A DNA stretch of 64,000 bases from Macrostomum lignano (taxonomy: Eukaryota): NCBI GenBank assembly GCA_002269645.1, contig NIVC01003129.1, forward strand, positions 10,390 through 74,389, given 5' to 3'. How positions within the stretch are numbered: the stretch's first letter is position 1; every line of letters begins with the position of its first letter. The notes under the pieces were generated by a model. The model saw nothing but the letters and a program-made list of their open reading frames with translations. It was not told where the DNA came from and made no database searches. The position numbers were made by a program, and so were the translations under genes. This document shows positions 47,693-60,600 of the stretch, piece by piece.

Positions 47693-49251
47693 TTACAAGC
47701 CGCTCGAAACCGGTGACAGGCCAAACCACATAATGCAGTGCAGATGGATGGCGATGTACAGAGGAACTATAGCCATCAGAGTGATTAGATAGACGTCTTC
47801 CTTAAGGACTGAAACGTGATCGCACACTGGCGCTTTAGATCTTTTCAGAACCTTGCATGCAAAGAGCCGAGAGGCCAACAATTAAGAGACAATATTTTTC
47901 CTTTTTAATTTTTTTATCTCAAAGACCTGCTCAGGCTGACGATAAAAAGAAAGTCATCGCAGGAAAAGCAGAAACTAAGCGTCGAATACTGAAAATGGGA
48001 AAGCCCAGCATGATTGCCAGAAACTCACACTTGTATCTCCAACCAGCGTAGTTTTTAAAATCCTCCTTCTGGATTTTCGCCCTGCTGTTGTTGATCCAGG
48101 ACCGCAGGAACAAATAGGAGTGCACTGCAATTCAAGCGAGTGTTGTCTACTCATTGGTTACAAGGTTTGTCTGCGATTCGACTCACTGAAAACATGGAAA
48201 TTTGCCTGTTACAAATGAAAAAGACAGTTGCTGTACTGCGCTCACTTTTGCTGTTGCACTGGACATCGCCGAAGCCCAGACGGGCAGGGCAGCGGTACAC
48301 CCACAGGGTCAGCGGGTGCCAGTTTTTATTCAACAAAAGTTTTGCCGCGTCCAGCGACTTACTGCCGTGCAAATCCATAGGAATGCTTTTCTGAATCTGC
48401 TTGATCTCCTCGGCAGACGCAGAGAAGTCCATATTGATGTAGGAGCTTGTAGTTGGCAGTTCGTTGACCTCGGATCGGTTCATGAGCCGGGCGAATACAT
48501 AGGTTGTGTCGCGAATCACAGAGGGAGATAAAAAGTTGGGGTTGGAGCAGTGCTGCTTAGCGTTTAGATCCACAAGCAGCTGCATGCCATTCGGCCTGCT
48601 TTCATAAACTTGGATAAGGTTTTGAAGTTTTTTCCATGATGCGCTGTCGACCTAAAGGTTCAACCATGATGACAAAATCATTATCTACGAGTCATTATCA
48701 CAACTTTGCAGAAGTATGAAGCGGACTTTTTCTGACTGACAAAACGAGTAAAAATTATTTCTGAATACCAAAACACAATTGATAATTATTCATAAAATTC
48801 ACTCACGAAACCCGTCAGAAGCGATCGTGAGTTGCTGAATCTAAGAGGTAAAATTTGAGTAAATCAATGACTTAAATTGATGGATGGCAATGGATGACGA
48901 CTGACAGTCCTTTCAAAAATAAACAATATCTTAATTGATTTCGAACCTGAGAAACTGGACGCGCCCGTCGGAGCTTACGATGGCCTCGATGTAGCAGTAG
49001 CCCGACCTGTCTTTCCAGTCCTTCTTCAATGCGTCGGCGTGCAGGCGCATGCTGATGCGATCGACCATCAGGCTCTGAGCAGTCACTGACAGCAGTGAGT
49101 GAAACTTGGAGATAAAGCAGTCGCTTTTGTCAGACCCGTTGCAGTCGTAGAACGCATTGAGACAGTCTGGATTCTTTTTTTGACAGCACGCGAGAGGAAC
49201 GAGGCTGATTAACGCCGCTACTGAAATCACGCGATACGTTCGATTTAGCAT
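47693..49251 (-). CDS. Multi-exon orphan secreted/membrane protein; exons 49251-48979, 48651-48246, 48124-48029, ~47830-47693
   Basis: Signal-like ISVAALISLVPLACC. Donors ATC|GTAAGC, A|GTGAGC, T|GTGAGT match the phases of the first two acceptors; the last acceptor is uncertain. C-terminal hydrophobic VYLITLMAIVPLYIAIHLHCIMWFGL. Confidence 0.55.
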
Positions 49252-49821
49252 TTTTTCTAACGAACTGACGTAGACGTGTGTAAGATATCAGAATACTCAT
49301 ATCAGAATATTTGAGTTTTTTAAGAAGAAGACAGTTGATAAGAAGCAACTTCGTCTATGGACGTGGATTCTTGCTGTCTCTGTCGTACGAACTTGCTGTC
49401 ACAGTAACCCCTGAGTGCCTATCGATCATTTTTTATTTTAAAAAAGCAAATGTCTACTTCTACATGTGTTCTGCAATACAAGTTATTCTCAAAGCCACTG
49501 TTTGTACTTGACTGATAATATATTGTCTTTGGTTGCACAAGCATTTTACCGCTAGCCTACTATCTGAATACTGATCTAGATAGCAATTTTAAACAAATGA
49601 AGTACGAGTTAGCATCACCTTTTCATTTTTCGGACAAATTGTTAGCATGAAATGATATTTACGACATGAAGCACAGACAGTCTAAATTTACGTCAGCTTG
49701 GTAAACAACTAAATTTTTATCTTTTTAATAAAATATATATGTACTTAATATATACTGGAGGATTGAGTTCCTGGTTTCCCTCGACCGAAAAGAGCATTCT
49801 TAATGTAGAAATTCAAGATTG

Positions 49822-50635
49822 CTTGACTTACCTGACTAACCGGGTGGCCCAAAGACGCAGCGGGGAGGCGAGCGTCGCTCATTCCGCTAATCCCTGAGAA
49901 ACCCGCATAGGCTAGGGCGCTGGGCCAGTCAGGGAGGTCTGCCGAACCTGCCTGCAGCGCAGTCCTCGGTGGGGAGGACAGAGGCTCGTCTGGTGACCCG
50001 GAGGAACCGGATGAGTCGTGGGATGTTCTCGGGCCGGCAGGCGTCATCCAGGGACGGGTTGGGCCCGAGGTAGTGTAGTCGGTCTTATTGGAAGGCCGGT
50101 CAGTGGCATAGGAAGTTCTTGGGATCTTCGTTTTCAAGGTTGAAGGAGGGGCAGAGCAGAAACTACTCGGGACGGGAAACGACAGAACTTGGAGGCCGAT
50201 TTTAGTCCTCGACAAGCATTACTTCGATAGTGAGTTGGTGTCTGTGGTAAAAACCTATCCAATTAATAGGCCTCCAAGTTTTGTCGTTTCCCGTCCCGAG
50301 TTTTGAATAGTCGCTGGGGGCAGAGTTCACTCCGGCTGTCACCCCGGAGGAAGCAGTGTCTGCGAAAACAACCGTGACCTGTGACGGTCACAGTGAGAAC
50401 GCTATGATGTCTCTTCTATTCTGGTTTAGAAGAATTTTCCATAGCTTAGGGAACGGGTTTGGCACTGCCGCCCGGGATTGGCGACAGTTGAGAATGTCGT
50501 TCCATCTGCGTAGGGGCAGGGTATCCGTCTGTCAATAATGGCGAACTAAGGGGCCACGGGGCCGAGAATCCACTCACCTTGGCGAGGGAGTCAGCGAGCT
50601 CATTACCTCTGAAGCCGGCGTGTCCTGAGATCCTG
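49822..50635 (-). mobile_element. Degenerate 3' fragment of the same LINE family (RNase H end, ORF end, 3' UTR, tail)
   Basis: Reverse complement matches the 38640-38742 3' UTR (gcgccctagcctatgcggg...gggattagcggaatg.gcgacgctcgcctccccgctgcgtctt) and GHAGFRGNELADSLAK. Confidence 0.88.
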
Positions 50636-51355
50636 GGTTTCTCTTTTTCTTTCACTGTTTCTAAATTTTAATTGCATTGGGAAAATGATTCGCAAGAATT
50701 TTCAACGAAATAGAAAGCAAACAGGACAATTCGGAGTCGACCCGAACAAAATCGAAGAGTGTCAGCGAATGATTAGAAATTCTATCCCATCTTCTGTCAG
50801 GAGCATCATATAGTGCTCACCAGAGAATTAGACCGTGAGCAGCTGCAGAATTAAATACTCACATCAGCGCTCCTACGGGACGGTTGACTTTCTAACTGGG
50901 CTGAATTTGCCCGCGGATCGAAGCGTAAAAGAGGGGTAAGAGGAGAAAAACCCCGAGAACTGAGCCTATGTTGGAGGCATTATTTATTAAGAAGCATTGC
51001 TCTTCAGTGCCAGCTGGGCTGAGAGCAGAGTGAACGTCTTGTAAAACAGAGAGATAAAGCCGCTGGGCCGCGCCACACACTGCTCGGTGCGTTGGAGTGC
51101 GGGTGTCCCTTGAGGGACTCTGGCATCTACCATGTTTGAAATTATGTGCGCTAGCTCGATGATGCGACTAAGAGGGCTTTTTCTTTTAAATATTAGTCAT
51201 TTCCTTCTGACTGGCCAATGCTTGCAGGGAAAGCAAGCATTCAATTCCTATTCGATGCGTCTTTAATACATAGATGCACAGTAATGGCATTGGGTCTTGA
51301 AGTGTCTTCAATCCAGTATTTGATAGCATCGCAAAAATTCTTTTTAGTCTAAATC

Positions 51356-54300
51356 ATGAATTTCTTATCCCCGAAAACCTCGTTATTCATACGTACCTTG
51401 TTATTAACAATGGTTCTTTCGCTTGGCTCCTCTGCAGTTCCGGCCGTCTACCAAATGCACCACTTCTACGACAGTTCGAGCCCCCGAGGCACCGAGCTTG
51501 TGTTGGAACGGCTGGTCAAAATTATCACTGCATCGCGTCGCAGCTGGAAGCTGACTCTGGCCACGCACTTTCTACCGCCAGGCTCCAGTCAGAAGCTCTC
51601 AGAGCTGCTATGCAACGCCTCCATGGCGGGCGGCACGGTCGCTCTGACATCCAGCGTGATGCCCGAATATGACACGATTATTGACAACTTTGCCCGCGTA
51701 CATCGAATGCTGTACTTTACGTGGAACTACGAGAGACCGTCGCCGGTCGATGCCGGAGTCAACTTTCACTTTAACTTCCTACCGGACTTGTTTCCCGCTT
51801 TCACGCGCACAGTCGCTTTTCTTAACTGGACGAGATTCTCCTACCTGTATGCTACTCATGCAGGATTTCAGAGAGGCATTCGACTGGCTAGCGAGCTCCA
51901 CCGGGTTCTGGGAGTTGCTGACGTTCAAGTAGACCTTCGACACGTTTCCCCATCGACTGAGCCTTCTAACCACAACACTCTGCGCTATCTCGATCTTCAA
52001 CTGGTCCAGTTTCCGAGACGGCACATTGTTATTGATGTTGGCAGTGCGGTTAGCGCCAAGCTTATCTTGGAAGACTTGCTGGAGTTCGGCATGAACAGGG
52101 CTGAGTATCACTACGTCCTCTATTCGTTTGGCATGCGGGAAATGACGCTATCTCGATTCATTCACAGCGGAAGCAATATCACCGGCTTTGAGTTTCTGAA
52201 TTATGGCTCTCACGATGCGAACTCTTTCGCAACGAAGCACATATTCACAATAGATCACGGCGCTCCAGAGAAGAACCCGCCTAACTATGAGATATTTGCT
52301 ATGCATAATGCTGTGAAACTGATCGCTAGCGCGCTGGATAACCTTTGGCGTCTAGTGATACCAAACTCTCTTCGACTGCCCTGTCTCTATCGCGATAGTA
52401 AAAAAAATTCACACCCACTTCCTCTGGGTACATTTCGAGCTGGTCAGCGCTTGCAGAATTTTGTCAGTGATCGAGGCCCTCACTTTGTCGAATATGGGCA
52501 CGTCGCTTTCGACAAAACAGGCATGCGAACCAACATGAGCATTCGCATCATGGATCTCATGGGACCAGTGGGCTCGCAGCCGATAGGCTACTGGTATAAG
52601 GGCCGCTTCAACATCACCGCCAGCAAGTACGTCGGTAGGTTTGGACAGCACAAGACTAACAAGTTCCCAAACGACACTGTCGTGAAGGTGGTTACCATAA
52701 TTGGGGAGCCATTCGTCATGCACAAGATCCCGGGAAGCAATGCCACAAGTGGAAAGGCAAACTTTCAAGGCTTCTGCATCGACTTGGCGCACATGGTATT
52801 CGATAAACTGGGTGTTGACTGGGAGCTGCATCTAGTCAAGGATAAGAAGTTTGGAGCGAAAATTATTGACAACGAGACAAAACAGCCCGAGTGGAACGGA
52901 ATGATGGGTAAGTGGTCGACGTTCTTTCCAGACTTTCCAAATTAACTTGCACCATACCAACTTTGTAAATCATGGTAAATTTTAAAGTAAAGATTTTTAC
53001 GAAATAAACATTAAACATCTATCGAAAAAGGTAACGTACTGTCTCCTATTCACATCAAACTAAGTAGTTGTAGTATTTTTCTTTCCCAATTGTCTGCTGC
53101 TTGTATACCATTAACGCATTTACGCAACAAATATTTTTAGGCGAAGTAGTGCGAGGTGAGGCCGACGTCGCCATCGCATCGTTGACAATCACATCTGACC
53201 GCAGCGAGTTCGTGCTGTTCTCCGAACCGTTCATGAACTTCGGCCTCTCTGTCATCATTAAGAAGCCCCAGAAGACCAAGCCGGGAATGTTCAGCTTCAC
53301 TCAACCGCTGGAGGACAATCTCTGGATTGCCATTCTGGCTGCCACCATTCTGCTGGCCGCCGTCATGACCTGCCTGGCCCGGATGAGCCCACTGGAGTGG
53401 CGCTACGACGACACGCTTGTAAACGGGGACGAGCAGCAGCGAATGCGCCGCGTGCGCCACAACTTCAGCCTGATGAACAGCATGTGGTTCAGCTTTGCTG
53501 CCTTCGTTCGACAGGGCGTCGACATCTCGCCGAGGTCGGCATCAACGCGAATGATGGGTTCGTTCTGGTGGGCGTTCTCCCTTATCATCATGGCGTACTA
53601 CACCGCCAACTTGACCGCCTGTCTGACCATCGAGCGACTCATTGCGCCCATTAACGATGTAAAAGATCTGGCAGCCGATGGCAATCGAGTGAAATTCGGA
53701 ACCTTAAATGCGGGTAAGACTTGGAGTAAAGCCATATCGATTTTTTTTATTCTGCTAATTACTCGAACTTTTCAACCGTAGGGTCTACTAAAGAATTCTT
53801 TCGAACGTCAGACGAGGCCACCTTCAAGAAGATGTACAGAATTATGGAAGCGGAAAAATCAGTATACACCGACACCATTGAGGAGGGCGTAGAGCGGGTG
53901 ATGAAATCCGACGGCAGCTACGCTTTCATCCTGGAGTCGAAGGTCAACATCTACAAAAACAATCGGAAGCCCTGCGTTACCATGATGGTCGGGCAGGAGT
54001 TCAGTCTGAAGGGCTACGGCATCGCCATCAGTCCGGAGCGGCCTCACCTGCGGGAGAGAATCAACGAGGCCGTGCTGCAGCTGCGGGAGAGCCAGGACCT
54101 CGACCGCAAGTACAAAGAGTGGTGGATAGAGAAAGGCGAGTGTCCAGAGGATACAAGTACAAAGCTGCAGCCTCTGGCGCTAGGCAATATTCTTGGCGTG
54201 TTCTGCATCCTCCTAGTTGGCCTGGCGCTTGCAATGCTCACCGCGCTGATTGAGTTCTGCCTAAACCACGCCAGAGGCAGCGGCTCGCTGCCACCGATCT

Positions 54301-54467
54301 CAGGTGTCGTTGAGAAGCCACTCAACTCAGAGGAGCCAATTGTTTGTCAAGTGGAGTCCGAGTACATCATGCGGACGCGACAGCAGATGCTGCCGGAGGC
54401 CATGAGGCCCGCACCTGCTTCAGTTATAACGGCAAGGAAAAATAAAACTCTTGTTAGCATGCTTTGA
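51356..54467 (+). CDS. Ionotropic glutamate receptor, AMPA/kainate-type; exons 51356-52907, 53141-53713, 53782-54467
   Basis: ATD; S1 GFCIDLA..WNGMMGEVVRGEADVAIASLTITSDRS; M1; pore WFSFAAFVRQGVDISPRS; M3 YYTANLTACL; S2 GTLNAGSTKEFF, YAFILES, KGYGIA; M4 GNILGVFCILLVGLALAML. Both introns are phase 1 and keep frame. Confidence 0.93.
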
Positions 54468-54809
54468 GCTGTAAACGCATCACTGAGCTGCACGAGAACT
54501 TGATTGACATTTTCATTTTTTGTGACAGCAGTCGTTTTAAAACGATATTCTATATTTGCAATATCACTTTGGTAAAGCAAAAAGCTTCAGTCAGGCTTGA
54601 TGCCTCAGTCTCCCACGAGGAAACCTCAATATGTTTTGGTGTTGTGGTAGCTTTCGTGAGCATTAAGAATCTCAACATATTTAGGTATTCGTAGGAACCT
54701 TTTATCGATTCTATTCTGCTAATTCAAATAACTTTCCATAATGTATGCTGCAAAAGTAAACAGGTATTTGCGGGAGGGTTTTGAGCACCCGGGCGCAACC
54801 CCTTCGCGA

Positions 54810-55050
54810 AATTGCTCCACAATTAGCTGTGAGACGCGCGGATGCTGTACGCAGGCACGCACTCACACACACGCTCACTCAGGGTGTACAGCGGCCCCGA
54901 CTTTCGAATTCTGACTTTGTAACGGAGATTTGCCCTCGCGGGTGTGGATCGCGCGACAAGCTTTTTTGTCAATTTTTCGTGCACAGGCCCCAAATTAACG
55001 TAGCCGCGAACAGAATCGAACCAAGGACGCTTGTACAAACAGTCGGACAC
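54810..55050 (-). mobile_element. tRNA-derived SINE copy (same family as 43 kb)
   Basis: B-box GGTTCGATTC (~55020, minus strand) and the shared core GGGGCCGCTGTACACCCTGAGTGAG. Confidence 0.6.
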
Positions 55051-57646
55051 AGTCAGTACATTTCACATGTGCAAAATTCTACTGAGGTATTATACGCGCA
55101 TGTCTACTACTTTTTGCTTCCATCAATTCTTGGAAGGAAGGTCCTTGGGCCGAAATGGTTTAGGGGCGAAATGACTGGTCACCATTGGGGCGTGTAGCTT
55201 AAACCCATTGTCAAGCCAAAATCAGTATCAATAAGCGTAACTTATGAGCAGCAGGACGTGCTTAATGTATTTATCTTTCTAAAAACCATCACCGTTTAAA
55301 ATTAGAGATTTTTTTCAAACTTGGGAACTACAAGAGCACAAATCTGCGCAGCAGTAAGCGGTAGCACTGGGCAACTAAATAGGAAGGACGCTACTCTCGC
55401 AAATGAAGAAAATTTCGCTGGAGGCCGCAGGTTTTCGCCGCAAGATGCATTGGCGAGACTTGACGCAACAACTGAAATTTCTCCAGAAAGTTTGTCGATC
55501 ACAGTACATACTCGGCAACATGTTGAAATTTCCACCTCAAAATCAGCGGTCAACAAGTGGCTGCCACTTGTAGATCCAACTCCAGCCATAACTGAACTGC
55601 AAAATGGTAAAATGGCTTCACAAGCGCTCGAGCGCCACTGGAACAAAACTAGGAAGCTCAGAGGGTGAAGTTGTGGAAATTCAGTGCTAGAAAACTAAAA
55701 ACTTTCCATTTTGCAGCCAAAACCGGCGTCACGATTCGCGCGCGTGGCGTCCTTCTGTTTCAGCTGTCCGAGAAGCGGTACTCAAACGCATTTCGCGCTG
55801 GAAGCACCACATTCTTTACAGTCAAACTGTTTGATGGCAGCAGCTGTGCTGGCTTTATGACAATTACGAAATAGGAAATTTCTTGCTACATAATTAGGTC
55901 AGAGAGCAAAGTTTTAATATTGGATGCAACCAATTTCAGTTATTTCATAGTACGAGTATCGCGCATTTTAAAGATGAAAATATAAAAACACATCGGGAAT
56001 AGTATTAGCATAATTTCCTTCATCAGTTACTAAGGTCCATAAGGTCACCTGCAAATTAAGCTATTAAGGCTCGTTCACACTGCCATCAAATTCTGCTGAT
56101 TTGCACAGACAGACTTCCTTTAAAGTATTTTTAGAAAGGCTTGAAACGGAAGGTGCACACAAAATTTGATCAATATGATTCCAGACATCGCAAAGCTCTG
56201 ATTCAAAATTGGCAGGGAATGAGAGAATCGATCACTTCTATATCGGGCAGTTGAGTTGTCGCATATGCAATAATGTCAGGCTTAAGCTCCATGCAGAGCG
56301 CTCAAAGTTCGGCTCAGAAGTAGGCGTTCCGCTGCCTTGCATTGTCCCTTTCGAAGCCCTCGTTCTGGTAGGCGCTCTGCAAGTGTTTACAGCTCGCCTT
56401 GGTTAGTCGTTGACTTACTGTAGTCGTCAGTTTCTCGATGCCGCTTGTAGTCGGCTTGCTATCTATATATTTTTGCGGCTACATCAAGGTCTCCAGAGTC
56501 AGCATGAGGACGGAGCCGGCACCTCAAAGACTCAAAGCATTCAGAACCAGAAAGATCCTAACTCCCAACCGCTTGAAGCAATTAACGAAAATCTGTGAAG
56601 TAACCAGAAATCTTGTCTTGTCTTTAAAACATGCACTTTCTGAGACCGGACTACTACTTAGTAATCGCTTGCTAAAAGTACATCTAGCTAGTGCAGTGCC
56701 AACAGAGACCCTGGCTAAACAGCTTAACAGAAGGGTTACCGGTCTTTACGGCTTATCAGTTCTCACCGGATGCTTAGCCGACTCCTGAACCCTCGGTATG
56801 GAGGTCTCGGCCATTGGCACAGTCTGCGTTCCTCTGTAGTTGCCGCTGCTGTGTCGGCTGCAATTTAAAATTATGGTTATCGCTATTCATGCATATTTGT
56901 ATCAATTCATAGTCCTTCAGATCAGGCATGGGGAATAGTGCTCAAGTAAGAGAGTGAGACACTGCTCTGAGGGTCCTTCGAAGCCAAAGACTATACGTAC
57001 GTACAGGTATGCGTATAGGTAAATAATATTTTGCTCGGGTGCTGCCTAAATAATTACATTTTAGGCAAAGTTGTGCGCAATGACATGTGCGAGAGAGACT
57101 TACTAGAAGTACACCAGAACCTACTGCACCAATTGCCGTGTTCAGTGTTGGTAAAGTGACAGTTGAGAGTAGTTGACATGGGATTCATCTGTACTTACTT
57201 AAAGTTTGAGTCATAAAACTCCATACTATTGGGTTTATCTTGGCTTCGTCTGAAATTTTTTGCATTTAATACGGGCTAATTCATATAGTCATTTCTTTTT
57301 GTTCCTTCGGGGACTAGAAGGTTTAAACCTTGCGACGGACAGTCACACAGAAAATGCACCGTATTCTAATTTTACTACGTTGGTGAAAACTAGAATGCTA
57401 GAAGGATAGGAGGCATAACGCAATACTATATAAGATTGATCAAACCATTTTTATATGCATTTATAAACGCACGATGCATTATAGCAACAACAACTTGCCG
57501 CGATGCACATCACCGTTTACTATCAGTAGTACAGTTTGCACTATGCAATGCAAGCGTTTTGCGAAGCACAGTACCAGAGGTTTAAACATTTACGAAACCA
57601 GCGATGAGTACAGCTCTGGGGATATTTCAGATGCCATGCCAAACTC

Positions 57647-60600
57647 TTACGAAGTGGGTGTCACAGGCGCCTGGGCCGGCACCGGAACTGGCACAGGTGT
57701 GAGTTCCCGGCTTTCAGGCCTCACTTCTGGCTGCTGCTCCAACTGCTTTTGCTGTTTGCTATGGAGAATTTCAAAATGAGCTCATTCAATGCAGTTGAAT
57801 CGCTTGCTTTTTTAATTTTTCAATTAATTGGATTATTCGATAACGAGCTGTCGTTGAGAAAATTTGAACAAAAAGATAAAAAGAGGAAAGATATCATTGG
57901 AAGTTCTGAAATACTATTAAAATAAATTTTGACAGATTCATAGCAAATCTTGCAGTAAAGTAGAATAAGTTCATCATTTTATGATTCATCTTTCAAACTG
58001 AGCGATGAACAAGCATTCAGAGGCTTTTCAGTGGCACTTACTTGCGTATGATGCAGCAGACAACAATAATAAGCGCAATCAACAGCAGAGCTCCGAGAAC
58101 AACGCCCAAAATTATTGCGTTGCGTTGCATTGCTGCAATTTTTCATTGGTGCGGTCATGAGCTGAATGACGGAGCATGCTGGCCTATGATTTCTATCAAG
58201 CACTATGATCCTATGTGCTCAAGCACTGCATTAAATGCATTGTAATTTAGCATTGGTATTCATTGGTAGCATTGGCAGCAAAGACCTATCGTGTCAGTGC
58301 TTGATTTCCTTACCAATATAGTTATCATCCCACAGCTCGCAGGTGAACCCGGTGTATCCGGCCACGCAGACGCACTTGAAGGGGAACTGGTCGGACTTCT
58401 GGTACTGGCAGACGCCACCGTTCAGGCAGCGACCAGGAACGCACGGATCTTCGCACGGTCCCGTTTTGGGATTCGGACTGTAGGTGCCATTCACGCAGCT
58501 GCAGCTGAAGTTTCCCGGCATGTTCACGCACGTTTTGTTATCGCTGATTTTGCACTGCGTCAAGCATTCGTCGATATCGACGCAGTCGTCGATCTCCTTG
58601 GTGCTTGGGAAGCCGTTGCGGATTCCCGTCCGCGTGTAGTCTGGAGGGAGCAGCGATGGGCAGGGAGTGGCAAGACTTGGGAGTTGAGGGTTAGAATGGC
58701 TTCGGAAGCAAAGTCACTGGAGAAGATTGGCTCACCAGGCTTGCACTTGCACTTGTATCCAGAGTCAGTATCCACGCATATGTGCTCAGTGCTGCAGTCG
58801 TTCAGAGTGGCGTTTGCGCACTCGTTGACATTTGCAACCGTTACAGACAATCCCAACGTCGATGAGGATGTTTCCCTGATGATCTTCGGAGTTGTCGGCG
58901 AGTTGTAGCTGGCCACGATTCCCGCAACTACGCTGCCATTGGACAGGAAGAAGACACGAGTGGTGGGAGGCCCTGATCCGGTGCCGCTTCCGTCTGGTGG
59001 CAGAGCGGCTTCAAACTGCAAGACCAAACGGTTAAAAAAACTGCAAAACGTTTTGAAGAAAAAATGGAAAGCATTGACTGAAACTTCTCGAATAAACTCA
59101 CTCGCTTCTGCAGCATCGGCGCCGTTTTATTAAAAGCCTCACTCAAGTAATTGCCCATATCCAGCGAGAAGTTCAAGTCTGTGAATGTGCCGTTGACCAT
59201 GTATACATAGGGCGCAGGAGTGCAATGCGTCGTATTGATCCTTTTATAGCCAAACTTGCAGTCGCAGGTGTAAGAACCAATTACATTAAAACAGACAGCA
59301 CTGGCTCGGTCGCACGAGTTCAGTTCAGCCCGGTCGCATTCGTTGATGTCCACGCAAATTTGGGTTGAATTGTCTTTTGCGTACCCAGACGAGCAGGCGC
59401 AAGTAGGGGCATTTGTTGTGACGTTTGTCGTACACTCGAATTTGCCACCAGCAGGACAAACTCCCGGGTACTTTGAGGGGTCCGTGCAGTACTGCTTCTC
59501 TGTGGAAAGATTTTAGTAGCATTTAAAATTGACTCAATTTTTGACGATGATTATTTCTAATCATCTGAATTTACAAACTTTGCATGACAGAGAAAGATTG
59601 AAATACCAGCGTATAAATTACTTATTACCGATCTAAGCAGTCCTACTTACTAAATATAATACGAAAAAATTGTGAGTAGAGGGCACTGCAACACGTTTCT
59701 ATTTAACAGAAGTCTACTTATTTTGAAAACACTTCGTAGTTCCGTCTTGCTTTATATACCATATTTCTTCTTTACCGATATAGTACTGGTATAAATAGTT
59801 CGATTGTAAATTTCTAGAGCTTCTTGTCGCAAGCAATTATACCGAACAGAAACATTCAATGCAGAATCAAGACCACAGCGAGTCTTCTGTCAACTCACTG
59901 ACGCACGTGCCGAGGCTATTTTTCTCGTAGTGCTCGCCACAGACACAGCTGTAGCCGGTGGAGGGCTCGCCGACGTCTGTGCAGTTGCCGCCCGCGCCAC
60001 AGGTAGCGGCTGTGCAGTAAGATGCGGCTAAAAGTAGAATTTGCGGATTTGTGAGAGTTAATTTAAGTCTAAACACCATTCCGTTTTTGGACCTAAGCTC
60101 TGAAAAGATACACCTGAATCCAAGCACCGTTTTGCTAAGAATCACTTACGATTGCATGCCGTTCCGGACAGAGTCTGCTTTGGCAAGCAGTAGCACGTGT
60201 CCGCGTCACCGACTTTGGCGCACATGCTCTTGTACGCGCAAGTATTGCTCGTGCAGTTCGTTTGGGCAACACAAGCCACCGGATCGCTGCTCGGATGAGC
60301 GAAACCGTTTTTGCAGGTGCAATTAAAGCCTCCCGGCGTGTTGGTGCAGTCGTGTGTGCACTTGCTGGTTGCCGGGTTGGCGCACTCGTCGATGTCCGAG
60401 CACTTGCGCGATGTCTCTGCGTAGAAGCCAGTCGAACATTCGCACCGGTACGACCCGATGGTGTTGGTGCAGTTGCCGTTCGAGCAGATGCTGGAATTTT
60501 TCGAGCACTCATTGATGTCCTTGCAGCTGCATGTCCCTGTTGTGCAGCCTGCATCCACAGGCTCAAATCCATCGCTGCAAGGGCAGCTGAAGCCCGGCGC

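Noticed and set aside
55302-56788. Several 60-116-aa ORFs
   Set aside because: No recognisable motifs or consistent exon chain.
58291-58908. 205-aa plus-strand ORF and similar antisense ORFs over GC-rich exons
   Set aside because: Antisense shadows of real minus-strand exons.
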